A DNA stretch of 58,440 nucleotides, the filler included, from Bipalium vagum (lineage: Eukaryota): assembly GCA_037834085.1 (NCBI GenBank). It is 3 parts of 3 records of this genome, joined end to end, with 100 filler letters (N's around TTAATTAATTAA, not from the genome) between each part and the next. Parts side by side here need not be neighbours in the genome. Positions count along the whole stretch, not along the records: positions 1 to 20,795 come from JBBMKC010246661.1; 2 more parts are not named here. The stretch is one strand, 5' to 3'. The notes beneath the pieces were generated by a model. The model was given only the letters and a program-made list of their open reading frames with translations. It did no database searches and was not told the origin of the DNA. Made by a program: the position numbers and the translations under genes. Positions within the stretch are counted from its first letter, which is position 1, and every line of letters begins with the position of its first letter. Shown here one piece after another: positions 1 to 13,977 of this stretch.

Positions 1-3000
1 TCAATGAGTTTTACTCGGTGTGGAATATTATAAACATTCATTTAAATTCCAAGAAATGCTTTATATTATCTAAAAAAGATTTTAAAAAAATCATTTATAT
101 TTTCAATTTTAGATCAATTTTAAATTGGTAAGTCTTTTAGTGGCCACCCTGTAAAAAGAAAAATAATGTGTTTCTAAACGTACTTTTTAGATATAATTGT
201 TAAGAAATTGATTATTTTATATATTGTCGTAACATAGTTTCATAGCATTTTTTATATTTCTTTTTCTTTAACGAACATACACGAAAATTGCTATTTTTGT
301 GTTCGTTAATTACAAATTTACCTGTATACATCCTGGTTTACATTTTATTTAATCGATTTTAAAATTTTATTTTGGAAATTATTTATTTGTTTAATAAATA
401 TATATGAATAGTTTAACTGATATTTTATTAAAACAGGATGATTTCAAAAATCAAATAGCTCAATGGATAGAAAAGAAAAATTTGATAATTTCACTAAAAA
501 CACATTATTCAGAAGTATTTAGAAAATTTATCGATCAAAGCTCTTTTCATTTTGCGTGGAATAAATTTGAAAAAAATTACAAGTATAATAAATCTATATT
601 TTTAAAAAACAAGAAAAATTATCAAGAAATCAACAAGGAATAGGCGATCTAATAAATTAACCAGTGATGTTTTAAAAATTCAATCATCTATTGATAATGA
701 TTCAACAAATTACGTTTAGAAATATAAAGTCTTTTCAAGGGAAATGAATATTGAAGTTCCATGATAAGTGTGAGTAATGCAAAATCTTTTCATTATTCAT
801 TCAAGAATATTTCTGAATGGCGAGATGCAGACGAAAATATAACCAAAAGATTATGCGCTGGAATTTATTAACTTAAATCAAAATAAATTAATATTTTTAG
901 ATAAAACAAGTAAAATGATATGTATCTTAATTTATAAATAAAATTAATCAGCTATAGAGGTATATCTGTGTCATCTAGGTACAGAAAATGAAGATTCTTA
1001 ATTTGTACAACGTCTATTCAAAATGTTCAATTAATAAACTTAAATTATAGTATTTGTACCTCAATTATACAAAATGCTATTTTTCTTATGAAGTTGAGAA
1101 CTGATCCTACAACGAACAAAAGTTTTGATTAAAGAACGATTAACACAAGGCATTAAAAAAGTATGAATAATATAAAAATTGTAGCTGACAGCTTCACAGA
1201 TTTTAAAATTAAAAGAATTCGTAAGAATTAATAATTAATTAATAAGATTTTATATTTCTTCTTGGGTATAATCCGTTCCTTAATTTGAATGAAAATGTTT
1301 TATAAATGGGAAATTTTATATCAACAAAACCTGAAAATCAAAATGACTCACAACCTTCTTAATTACGTAGATTTTCAAGTATCACAAGAGAAGATTATCA
1401 AGAATATTTTGCGCACATGAGATCATATACGATATGTGCTGTACACAGAAAAATTTTAACATAAAAAACGGTTTCGTATGCTTTTTTTCCTATGCTTGTA
1501 TATTGTAATCAACATTTTTACTTTACTTTAGTTTAACTTTAATATAATGTACTTTAATGTATCTCTTTAATGGTGAACTGTTTTTATAGAAACAAAAAAA
1601 GTTTGCAACATGTCTGCTGCCAGTGTCCTAGTCAAAAATAAATAATGGATACAATAAAACTGTACTCATACTTGAACGAATTACAAAAAATTAAAGTTGA
1701 AAATGATAAAATTACATTTTAAGCCCTGCATAATTTATTTCTAGAAAATCCTTTGTGAAAAAGTGATTTTATTGGCTTATCAATCTATTTTAATTAAATG
1801 CAATAAAATAGGTCGAAGTAATAAAAATATCACCTATTTGAAATAAAAAAAAACAGTTATTCCTCATTTTATTTAATATTCTCAAAAAAATAATTCATGT
1901 TTCTTAAATTACACAAAATTAATAATAATAATTATTATTATTTAAGAGAATTGAAAAATACAAATAAACTTAAAATAAAATAAACTGAAATTATCAAAAT
2001 TATAAATCTGTTTAAGAAATGAATTTGGTTTGTAATACAACTCCACACCTGTCAGTGGTATCTTAATATTATCTCATGTCTGATTAAGCAAAAAATAACT
2101 GGAGAAAGTGAGTGAACAACAATTCCACTTGCTATTAATATATCTTGAGGGCTTTTCAATGGATAAGTGGTATGTATATTTTCGTGATTTTGATTGGTTG
2201 ATCAGAAAAATTAATTGAATCAAAATATTATTTCTAAAATCCAGACAAATATTAAAAGAATTTTTCCGATCATCAATAAATAAAGAAAATAGATTTTTAA
2301 AAATTTATAAAACTTAATTCTTCATATAAATCAAAAGAATTATTATAAAATACTCTACTTCTTGAAAATTAAATTCTTTAAATGCATATTATTATACCAC
2401 AAAAGCACAGAAGTAAAATATCAAAAGATTCCAATTATCATGAAAATACTAAACTAAGGTAAATAATTTCTTATTAAAATGGGAGGAGAATAAAAATTCA
2501 TGCAACTAAAGCCTACAAGAAGATAGTGAAAAAATTTAAATTAAAGACTAAACCAAAATGTTTGATTTAAGAGGATTTGCGCACATATTATTTGAGAAAT
2601 CGAACTTCGTGATATTTTAGATGACAGATGACCACAGACGATTGGATGAATGAATTTATTAATAAAAGAATCTATATTACTGATCTGGCAGGACTTGATA
2701 ATATCTTACGATACGAAAATAAGAAGTTTGCTATGTTAAAGGCATTTTATTCCACATTACAGTCAACAATTCAACTCAGTATATGGTTTCAAATAAAATA
2801 GTAGTACATTAAAAAAAGTAGTCTATTTTAAAAAATTATTAAACAATTCTGTTAAAAGTAGCTTTTAAGCAATACTTTAAATGTCTATTTTCTGATTTCT
2901 GTTGATTTTTAGTATAAATTAAATAAAACAATTTCTAAGTCAACTGTAACTTAACTAGTATCATTTCTTAACAATTCTTTCCTGTAACCGGAAATGATTT

Positions 3001-4499
3001 CAACATTGGAAATTCGCTTTCACATTTCGTTAAAATTCAAAAAAGTTATGTCAGACAGAAAATGGTTTTTTTAATTAAATTATAGAAGAATGATTTTTAA
3101 AAATTATCGACTTAACATTAATTAATAATACAATCGATTTAAACAAGATTAATTAATGATACAATCAATTTTCTTATTTTGATATTATAATGATTCATAA
3201 AAATATAAAATTTCACAATAATTATAAAAAAATCATAACTGATTAAAAAATTTGAACAAAACTTTTTTAAAATATAATGACCTATAAATATTTAAAAATT
3301 AATTACAAATCAATAAAAATATTCATTTTGACCAAAAATTTTCAAAAATATCCATATAATTGGATCATGAGAACAGAAATGAAAAGGAAAAAATATTCCA
3401 TATGAACTAGTCAAAATAGGTTTTTTAAAAAGTCGATTTAGAAAAAATACTATTTTTGATTTTTTCTATTCGTCCTTAAATTAATAAATTACTTAATTCA
3501 ATATCATTATTATTACTTATTTATTTTTAAAAATACATCTGATATTTAAAAATAAAATTCATTTGATGTAACATTATATCCTGCTTAAAATCAATATGAC
3601 ATTTTGAAATAATAATCTCACTTTTATTGTAGATAATATTTGTACTATAAGATCAGATAAATATTTTACTTCTTGATTATATATACTGATTTTAAAATCG
3701 AAACTTCTGATTATTTTTATGAAAATTAAGACGTCACCAAATTTCTAAAGCTTCTCGTGATACACTTATTTAATTCTAATTTAATCAAAATCTTTCGTTG
3801 AAATTAACTACAGAACAAGCAATGAGTTTCTAGTATAATTTTTTTCAAATTGTTCTGATGGAGTCATTAAAGATAATTAAACAAACCGAATAGATAGTTG
3901 AGAATAAAATAGTTTTTAGTATAATTTTGAAGTTAAAATGTTAAACAATAAAGGTCTGAATATAAATTTTAAAAACCTGTATCGCGTAATTTTAGTCAAA
4001 TAAAACAGTTTTTTTGGAAGAAAAGGAATACCAATGAAATATTAAAATAATAAAGTTACAACTTTTTAAAACTAAAGCATTTGTTCTGTTTATAGAATTT
4101 AAAAACAAAGGATGATCTCTTAGCCCGTCAAATAAAACAATGGGGTAAAAAGATTTTTTAAAAATAAAGTATGCTTGTTGTATTATACATAGAGATATAA
4201 ACCAATAAAATTGTTCTTCACAAAGACAATAAATCCTCTAATAGTTGGCGATAGGTTGAACGTAATATCTTTGTTCAGAGAAAATGGAATACTGGCTAGC
4301 GATGGTTATTGTGATTTATGTCACAGTTAGATATTATATAATACTTTTGTATAAATAAATACTTTTTGAATTGAAACCCATTTAATTAATGAATATGAGA
4401 GAATATTTAACTGTAACAAAATCATGAAGTCCATTTGAAAGAAACAAAGATGAAGTCGTCTAGTGATGTGTAAGTCTTGAATGTAGGAATTTCAAAAAA

Positions 4500-5030
4500 A
4501 TATTTCTCGATCAAGAGAAATAGTATATTCTCTGAATTTACAATATTCCTCAATAAATCTTTATGTTTATGTAGAACGATAAACTTTCAGTGAAATCAAT
4601 CGTCACAGGCAGTGGGTTTCCGAATCTGTCCTTTTACAATATGATGAAATTAAATAATTTTTAAATTTTAACCTATAAAATAATATGCAATGGTGCGGAA
4701 AATGTGGTTCAAATAGATGAATCAATTTTTAGGTATAAACCGAAGTATTACAATATTGTTTCCTGTAATATTTTCGAAAGAATCAGATATGGGACTTGAG
4801 CAATGAATACAGGGCATGTAGTAGCTTGACAAAGTCTGAATATCATATACACCAGAAAGTTAATAAATTAAATTTTTAAATCCGCAGAACAAAGAATCGA
4901 AACTTGTTGTAACTTGAAGAATAAGATAAAGTCATAAAATTGACTTATGGATCTGCTTTGGATTCGTACTTGCATGATTGGATTTTGTGTCAAAATATCC
5001 TGCCATTTATGATTTCATCACATATTATAA
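4500..5030 (+). mobile_element. Decayed Merlin (IS1595/ISXO2-like) transposase fragment
   Basis: Translation gives GAENVVQIDESIFRYKPKYY (~4693-4750), matching the Merlin 'VQIDES..KRKY' motif. Downstream are YIHQKVN and QRIETCCNLKNKIK, resembling the HxTVNH and TQxIESxW motifs. Stops and frameshifts are present; ends are approximate. Confidence 0.65.
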
Positions 5031-6835
5031 ATAAATATTTATTGCTTTTCACTTGAATAAATGTTTACTTCATTATCTTTTTATTTTAATTAATTTTTAA
5101 GTGATAAATTAAAAAGATGTTAAAAATAGAGGATAAAAAAGATGATCCGATCAATCTTTAGGTTACTAACTGTACCTATATTTTGAAATAACATGAAATA
5201 TTTATCAATTAAAAAATATATGTTTAATAATAAAATTAAAAATTTTTAGCAAAATATAAAAATTTATCTCCAGAAATTGTAAAACTAGTTATAATCATAG
5301 TGCCCAGTTGAGAATGTATATAAATTCAAAATGTGTGAGAATAAACAATAAAGGGGATTCTATCAACGTTTGCTACATTTGTTAATAAACATTTATTACA
5401 ATACCAAGAAAAAAAACCTAAAGAAAATTAATATACAACATTCAACTTTAATTCAATCAGTGATAAAAAAATACTTATAAATGAAAATCTAAAATCAATT
5501 AATATAATAATAAAACAAGTTAAAACGAAAACACGTCTAATTTCATATGAAAACCCTTGAGATTCCTTTTTGTTAGTCAAAAGAAAAATATTACTAAAAC
5601 CAATTAATAGAACAAGATAAAAATTACATAATTTCATTATATAATTTGTTAAAAGGAAAAACAAAATATTTGAAACTTATATATTAGGATTTTACATAGC
5701 AAAAAGTCCAGACCAAGGTTTCAAATATGTTTTACTCCTAAACAAGTATATTTTAGTTCTATTTTAAAAAATCAATAACCTCGTTACAGTTTTCAAGTAA
5801 CCAATCCTCTAACCGATTGGACATGTTAACGTTTTTGGCATTAGCAAAAATAATTTAATTTATCAATTACCCAATGAAATCTTTACTTTTCTATTTTTTT
5901 AATTTTTTCCTGATTTTAGATCTTTTTCAAAATTTTCATTGACTTATTCCTCACTCGTAAAAAGGTATCCAAACAACAATTAATTTGTACTGTGGTAAAA
6001 TGTCATGTAATCTCTGATCAACTGATTGATACATAAACACATTTGGGGATTTCTTTTCCATGATACAAAGAATTCGAAAATAAATATGAAATATTGAAAA
6101 TAAATAATATTTGCTTGGCAAATAAGTCAGTGCGGATTTTATGAAAATATAAAAGATAAAGATTTATTGATAAAAATAATTTTAATCAATTATATATTTG
6201 ATATATTAATGGCTTTTCATCTTACTACCAATTTCATTATTTCCCGTTCGTAGATGTTGGATTTTTTAGAACACCAGTTAAGATGCGTTTTAAGTGACTC
6301 ATCAATACTGAAAGTCTACTCGGTCAAATCATGTTATAGCCACCTAAAGAAATTGTAGTCAGTATTGGTCATGTCACATGATTATGGTGGATACGGCCTT
6401 GTATCCTATCTAAAGCCCAGTAATTTGTTCCGGGTGACCAAAGATGTGTGGAGACTCCCAGGCACGGAAAAATCAAAAAACAAATAATCGTGTGATCTGA
6501 ACCCGAACTTTAAATTATAACATTGTGTAATTTGAATTTAAACTCTATTCCTTTAATTCCTTGTGTGATCCGAACCTTGACTGTATATAAATTAATTTTT
6601 ATTTTTTGGAATATTTACCATACGCGTGTTGTGTAAATAATTAATTTTCAAATCCCAAAAAGAAAATAAATAATATTTATTAAAAAAGAATTTTTAATAT
6701 TAGCATAATTAATAAAATAAACTTAATTATTATAAAAACAATAAATAAACAAGGACAATTATAAAAAGTAATAATAATTATTACTAAAAATAATAACAAA
6801 TTTTGTTAAATGAATAAGAAAAAGAAGTCAAAAAA

Positions 6836-7092
6836 ATAGTAGTTATATTCTTGTGTAGTCATTTGTAAATAAGAATTCAAATTCGAAGCAATGATAATAT
6901 CTTTCATTAAATCCGAATAACCAAACAAACTTTTCAAACTTGGACCTCACTATTTTTAAAATTAACCAACATTTATTTATAAATTTAAAAAACGTAACAT
7001 TATAATTTTTAAAAACTTTAAATTAAAAACATTTGAGGTCCTTATTTTAAAAAATTCAAACAAACTAATTCTTCGAATCACTCCTTATAATA
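6836..7092 (+). repeat. Unclassified dispersed repeat, copy 1 (inverted copy at ~54180-54497)
   Basis: Near-identical blocks such as tatattcttgtgtagtcatttgtaaataag, aaccaaacaaacttttcaaacttggacctc and aattcaaacaaactaattc occur in reverse complement at 54180-54497. Confidence 0.85.
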
Positions 7093-7649
7093 GTAAAATT
7101 AGGTTTCTATAAATAAAAAATAGATAAAAAATGATAAATATAAATAACAATTAATTTTATAAAAATTACACTAATAAATTCTAATAAAGGAGAAGACAGA
7201 ATAATAACCATCATTTTTCAAAGATCATATTTCAGAAGACGAGACAATTGTATTTCAGCAAAATTTCATCAAGTATCAATTAAAAATTCGCCAATATCAA
7301 ATATCAGCAGAAGGAACTCGTACTAGATAATAATACCAATTGACAACTCAGAAGCTGCCCATATCAGATATCAGTCATAACAAGTCATATAAAAGACTAG
7401 GAATTTTTCGAAAAAAAATGGAGAAGAAGAAATACAGATAAGGACAGTTTCGTAGACGACAGATCTCCAATATAAACCAATTCCGGCGCTCAAAGAATTT
7501 TTCAAAAAAGTTATTTAGCATTCGACATTTTCGTTACTACCGACAGAAACCAATTCCGGCGCTCAAAGATTTTTAAAGTTATTCCACATTCCTCATTATC
7601 GTAACTATTGAGTAATTATTTTTATATTAATTATCGAAATAGCAATTTA

Positions 7650-8300
7650 ATTCTAAATTGTATATTTCTAATACCAATTTGACTACAAATTAGATAAATA
7701 ATTAATTCAAATAGATAGAATAATTGGATAGATAGCCAATTATTCCATCAATATCAATTTAATTTTTTTGGTTTTTCTTAGTATTTTCTTCTTTTTGCCT
7801 TCTCTACGTCTAGTAGGGCGGAGAGGCGCATTTTAAATCGAGGGCTCTTGAGGCTAAAATAGCGAAGAACAACCTGACTTTCTTTCAAAACTATTTTCTC
7901 CGGGATTTGATCTTTAATCTATATAACTTTTGTAATAATAATTTGTTTTTTTTCAACAAAATATATTTTAGTAATCCAGGTAATTGTTTAATTGATTTTT
8001 AAGTAATTGGTTATTAAAACAAATAAACTTAGTTGATTATTTTATTGATTCTTGTTAATTGTATATTTATACCAATTACCCAGTTCATTAAAAACAATCA
8101 CAATTTATTGTTTGTCTTAAATCTGAACACTAACAAACTCTAAATTCTTCTGATTATAAAAGAATTATACGAGCCGCGTTAAGTGATTAGGATAAACTTT
8201 TAATGTTTTAACAAAACCCATCCTAAGAAACTTAACAGATGTATGGATTAACATTGTCTTGTTGAAAAACCACGCACTGGTGATTTGGCATTTTTGAATG
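7650..8300 (-). repeat. Unclassified dispersed repeat with coding-like core, copy 1 (homolog at ~25830-26520)
   Basis: Collinear anchors shared in opposite orientation: ttgtagtcaaattg, gatggaataa..ctatccaattat, ctctacgtc.agta.ggcggag, ccggga.tt.atctttaat, aatctgaac, tacgagcc.cgttaagt. Confidence 0.75.
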
Positions 8301-11089
8301 CTTTTCTTGATTTTGTGGCTCAGTTTTGTTAATTGTAAGCAGTACACACCCGATGTTATCGTTGTGTCAAGGTGGCAATAATAAATGACATATCTAATCT
8401 AATTAAACTGAAAAAAAAATTTTATGGTACAATCTGACCTTTGATGTTTGCGATTGCTTGTATTTTATAAGCAATTATTAAAAGCAACAGTTTAATTTCA
8501 TTCTTAAACCATGTCGAACTTATTTGCCAATCCAATATTTCTTAAATCAAATAATACTATTTTATCTTCTTAAAATAAAAGTCAGAATTCTGAAAATATT
8601 CATCAAATAATAAAATTCCAAAATTAATAAACAGGGTATCACTTAATTACATTTTATGAGTGAATAGCAAAATTTAACTCAATATAACTTACATTAGGGT
8701 GAGTCATAAGTTCGCGGACACTTTAAATAGAAAATGTTAACAAGTATAACTTAAAAACTAAAAAAAGGGTATATTTTAAAATATACACCATCACATTCAA
8801 CAAATTTAACATATTCAACACACATTTTTATATGAAAACAAAGCCATGCACAACATTTATTTATTTTTTAAATGTTCCCTTAGTCTTTTGCAACCAGGAC
8901 CAGGCAAACAAGCTTTTTTACAAAATTCGATTGGCATATTAATAAATGCACATAATTCTTTGTTTTATATTTAGCAATGAAAGACTTAATTTTGAATAAA
9001 CTAACGGCTTAATATGTCCTTACACAAAAAAACAATGTAAGGTCGGATGACTAAACAATGCTACTTAATTTGTACCCTGTATAAATTATTAACAAATATA
9101 TTATTTTTAATTATTAATTTATATATCACTAATTATTATCCATATTAATATTAACGATATTCATTTATTTTCTTCTAAATAATCTTTTAAAGAAGTGACA
9201 ATTATAGTGATGATCAGAATCAAATAGTACTTACCGATTGAATCAAAACATTTTAAATTTTATACGACGTGAAACTTGTGAGATTTTTCAAAGTTTCGAA
9301 ATACTGTTTTTAAAATTATTTAAATAAAAAATCAATTAAATAATAAATAAATTTTCGATTCGAGTGAATTTGTCAATGAAACATGTAAGGACAATAATAG
9401 CGAAAAATATCGTGCCATGTAAGATATCAAAAATTCTCTTAAGTCAGTTGATTCTCACCATATCCTAATAGATACAATATACTTTTTCTTTTCATAATCA
9501 TTTGGGATCTCCCAATCTTTTCTGTATAATATAAAATAAAGAAAAAATACAATTTTAACATAAAAAGAAATTGTCAACAAGTAAATGTGAACTTTTTAGA
9601 TTTAAATTTAAAACTACTCAATCAAAACCTATAAATCAATTTCAAATATATCCAAGAATCATCCTAAGATAAAAAGATCAATATTGCCATAAAGTACTCT
9701 GTGACTAAAAGACCGAAATAAATGTCCAACTTATCAATCAATGATCCTAATTGCGATGAACATGAACTGGAACAGGCGTACTGCTTATAAGTATATATCA
9801 AGGAATTGGAAATAATATGGATCGTAATTTGTGTAATTGGATAATTATTTCCTTCCCAATTGCTCTTCTACAGTATTAATTTTCTTAACTAATCTTTAAT
9901 TAAGGAGCATCAAATTCTAATAAATAATTTATGTTAGACAGATTGATCTGATATTGACATTATCTGTAATCTAAAGAAATGTAATCAGTTTATTCGTCTA
10001 ATGTATAATGGAAATTAATATATATGATAATTTAAGACAAAATAGAGTTTGGTCAAATTTATCGTTTTCTTAAATATTGTGAAAAACAGCTTACTTAATT
10101 TCAAAATTATTTATAAAGCACGGACAAACTAAATCGATAAGAAAAAAATAATGAAACAATCCGATCTAATAATACAATTAATACAAGCCTTGATTTTGAC
10201 ATTATTTAAAAGTTTCAATGAATATTAATTTTACTATGGACATCCAAAATACTTTAACATAATAGACATTTCTGGTGATAAGTTCATATTAAATAAGTAC
10301 TTTGTGTTCAAAATGAAAAATAAAATGAATTAATGTTTATCGATTATTATTAGTAGTAGTACGCACACTAAATAATATTGTGATCTTTTGTTTTAATAAT
10401 TCAACCAATTGATTTTAAGTATTATAATAAGTAATTAATCAGCACACCAATCTGAACATGATTGGACAAAAACAAAATTTCTCTACACAATATCACTTAA
10501 GCTTAAAGTTCCATAAGAAAATTATTTTAAATTGGCATAAATTTTTGATTTAAAAATATATAAATGTACAAAGTTTTCTCTGCCATATCGGTATAAAAAC
10601 CTTTAATGAAAAAGCACCAAAGTTTATTAATTTTTAGAAAATATGTTAAAAATATTTCATTTGAATAATTAGCATATATTTCCATTATATTAAAATTTTA
10701 ATAGAGTATTTATTGTATTCAAAATATCGTTAACCATTTTCAAAAAAAATCAAAAAATGATAATGAAAACTTGTCGAGAAAAAATAAACTGTAAATTTCA
10801 TCTTAGGTCGGTAACAAACGATGGAAATAACTTATCTTCAAATCTTTTTGGAATGTTTTTTTAAATTTTTTAGAAATCAATAAATTTTGTCTTTTTAACT
10901 TATAAAAATAATAAAACATCTTTTTTTACAATTAAGTTGTTTAAAAATAAATGTCCGTATTTATAAATAAACTTAATTTATTTAAGGTTATTTTGATAGA
11001 TTTTGTTTTGTTTTAATACATATTATTTATCATTACATTATATTTCTGTAATCATTTCATCATTATTTAATTTTAAATAACGTTTATGC

Positions 11090-11400
11090 GTTTTTTATAG
11101 TAACATGGAGAATAATCAATTACATGCAATCTTTGTGAGTTTAAACAGAGACACAAAACAGTTGAAGTTCAAAAAGTGTAGAGATTGAGATAAGACACTC
11201 AAGAATAAGAAGGGTTGTGGGCGAAAGACTTAAAACGATAATTATAAATTCAAAGCATTGCTGGAGGGAACTCTAGGTACCACAGTTAAAAACCATGTAA
11301 AAGACTTACATGTTACAATTGGAAAAATTTCGAAATCTGTGAGAAAATGGAAAATCAGATAAGCTCGATACGTTGGTTTAAAAAATTAATTAAAATCTGA
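11090..11400 (+). mobile_element. mariner transposase 5' relic (HTH region)
   Basis: Disrupted MENNQLHAIF..., FKKCRD*DKTLKNKKGCGRK and FKALLEG...TTV, paralleling the mariner N-terminus seen at 37480-37760. Confidence 0.6.
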
Positions 11401-11929
11401 GTTAATGAGAAATTTAAATAAATACTTTCCTTAATTTTATATCAGCTACAAAGTTTAATTTTAAAAAAAATTAAAATAAGATGAATATTATTGAAGTCTG
11501 TAATTATCATCATTTTAAATCACTATCATTGTTTTATCATACTTTTCTACTGTATTTTTCTTATCGGCATAATTTAGATCTTATTTAGGCTTACAAATAA
11601 CTAATTTTAAAATTAAAGCGACCTCTTATTCTTAATATCGGCTTATAATGACTGACATGAATATATTCATCAATTTTATGAAAATAAATAAAGGTAGAAT
11701 ATATAACAAATACAAATATTTTTCATCTGTAATCAAATATTGACTTTTGATAATGACACTTAAAGTAGAGGTTAAATTAATTGGGACATTATAATTAAAT
11801 TGGTTTTTATTATTTCTGTATTAGGTGTTTCAATATTAGTTTTTATTTGTTGTTTGGTTTAAGTAGTTGTATTTTTTAAAATCTATAATTAAAAAACATT
11901 TTCAAATTTTATAGCTAGTAATCTTGAAT

Positions 11930-13020
11930 CTCTTTGAAAATTGATACAACCGTAGAAACACGTGCTGAAGTGAAAGCTTCGTTTGATCCTGGCTTATGCC
12001 AGAGGGATATACAACACCAGTTAAAAATACATCTATCAACCAGAAATCGTTTGGTGATACTTTACAAGAAAACTTGGTCAGTAAAATCTCGACGAATTGG
12101 GAAATACGTAAGAAAACCATGGCTTTCCAGACCAGATATTAGAAAATTAATTCGCAATAGCAAATTAAATCCCCATTGGATAGTTAAATAACTTATAGCT
12201 AGTAGTCCATGATTGCCCATCATTTCTAGAAGGTACATGAATGACGCATCAAAACCCGTCAAAAACAACTTTTGTCACCTAGTCACATTTTGCAGCGCAA
12301 GAAATTGGCACAAAAATTTAAAGATTGAACGAAACCAGATTGGCGAAAATTCGTTTTTTGATGAAACGTGTAATGTAGTGAATTTTGGAAACGAAAAGAG
12401 TTCACATTAACAGATGAACGACTTACTAGCAAGCATATAATACAAAAATTAAAATTTTCTTTGAAAGTTATGGGTTGGTCTTGCATGTCGTTATTGGTCC
12501 TGGGTGCATATATGTATAGTACAAGGTATTAGGTTGTCACATATGAAATGTCCGATTATGTAATATATAAAAATTAGTTTTAAAATCGGACATTTTATAT
12601 GTGACGACCTAATACAATGAATGCAGATCAGTATTGCGAAAATATAATAAACTGTCAGTTAATTGATCAAGCTAAAGATTGTTATAGTGATGACTCATCA
12701 CTGATGAGCAATGAATCTATCAACAAGATAGCGCACTCTGACATACTGCAAAAATGACATGTCAATAAAAATAAAAGTACTCTTTTACTTTGGACAACAG
12801 CATCACCTGACACAAATCCCATTGAGAATATGTAGTCCATTCTGAAGAAAAAGGTACGTAATCTCAATCCTACAGCAATAACGAATTAATAACTTTTATC
12901 CTCAAAGTTTGGAGAACAGATCCTGAAATTGTTGATTTTTGTAAAAAGCTGATCGATAGAATGAACCGTCGAATTAAAGCTTTAGTGAGTGCTTAAGGTC
13001 AACATACTTCTTATTAACAT
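11930..13020 (+). mobile_element. Decayed Tc1-family (DD34E-type) transposase
   Basis: N-terminal HTH-like GLCQRDIQHQLKIHLST, then VMGWSCMS..GPG, GTMNADQY (split by a MITE), YQQDSAL*H and SPDTNPIENM*SILKKKVR. Many stops. Confidence 0.8.
12529..12612. mobile_element. ~84-bp mariner-type MITE with TA target duplication, inserted in the Tc1 relic
   Basis: TA-ttaggttgtcacatatgaaatgtccgatt...aatcggacattttatatgtgacgacctaa-TA, with ~29-bp TIRs. Removing it restores caaggTAcaatgaatgcagatcagtat = QGTMNADQY. Confidence 0.9.
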
Positions 13021-13030
13021 TATACATTTA

Positions 13031-13977
13031 CATCGTTTTCACCTCTATTTGACAATGTTAAATTTAATTTTGACATTGTAAAGTTTTATTTTGACTTTGT
13101 TATTTTGAACATCAAAATGTTATTAAAGATTGGATTGATGAGGACTCTTCGATCTCTTTAACAAACATTGCTAATAAATGTTTTAAAGAATTCAATTTAA
13201 CGGTTTTAAAAACTATCAACAATGTTATATCAGATTGTAATTATATCTTGAAACGAGTGCATTATATTCCTGAAAAAGAAATGATGCGTCCAATATACAA
13301 TCAATATTTTTTTATGCACAAGAATTTATTAAACTTCCTTCTCAAGTTTTTGAAAGTAACGTTTTTTATTGACGAAGTTGGCTTTAATGTAAACATGAGA
13401 ACTAAAAGAGGTCGTTCTTTTAAAGGAATAAACCTATTCAGGTTGTCCAATCTTTAAGATCAAGAAACTTATCTGTTTGCTGTGCAATGAATATTGAATC
13501 TTTTTTATTATGCTGCTCAAACTCATCCTTTTACTGGTGACTTTTTTGACTGTATACAAAAACTACTAGCTTTGCTTAAAAAATATTTGTACGAAATCAG
13601 TTTTAATACGAATCGGTTCCCTAAAACTACAAGAATAAGGAAATTGATAGAGGAAAATGGTCTCAGTTTATTATTTTTACCTCCATACTCACCTTTTTAA
13701 AACCTCATTGAAAATTTTTTTTCAAAATGGAAGGAATTTGAATGAAGAGAAAAACCAGAAAATGAAGAATCTTTAATGGAATTTATAAATAATGGTTCAA
13801 GGCTTTTTACAAGTGAAGATTGTTCCGGTTTATTATTGAATAAATGTATTTCTGTTTGAATTTTTTGATTTTTTAACGTTATGAACATATACTTGTTGTA
13901 ATTAACATTTTGTCAAAATAGAATTTTACAATGTTAAAAATAACCTTAACGTTGTCAAAATAGAGGTGAGAATGGTG
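13031..13977 (+). mobile_element. IS630/Tc1-like (DDE_3) transposon relic with ~65-bp TIRs
   Basis: Left end catcgttttcacctctatttgacaatgttaa and right end ttaacgttgtcaaaatagaggtgagaatggtg, TA-flanked. Internal FIDEVGFNVNMRTKRGRS and LFLPPYSPFLNLIENFFSKWK. Confidence 0.85.

Noticed and set aside
404-900. 79-aa ORF and following coding-like sequence
   Set aside because: No recognisable motif or splice partners; possibly decayed TE, but it cannot be supported.
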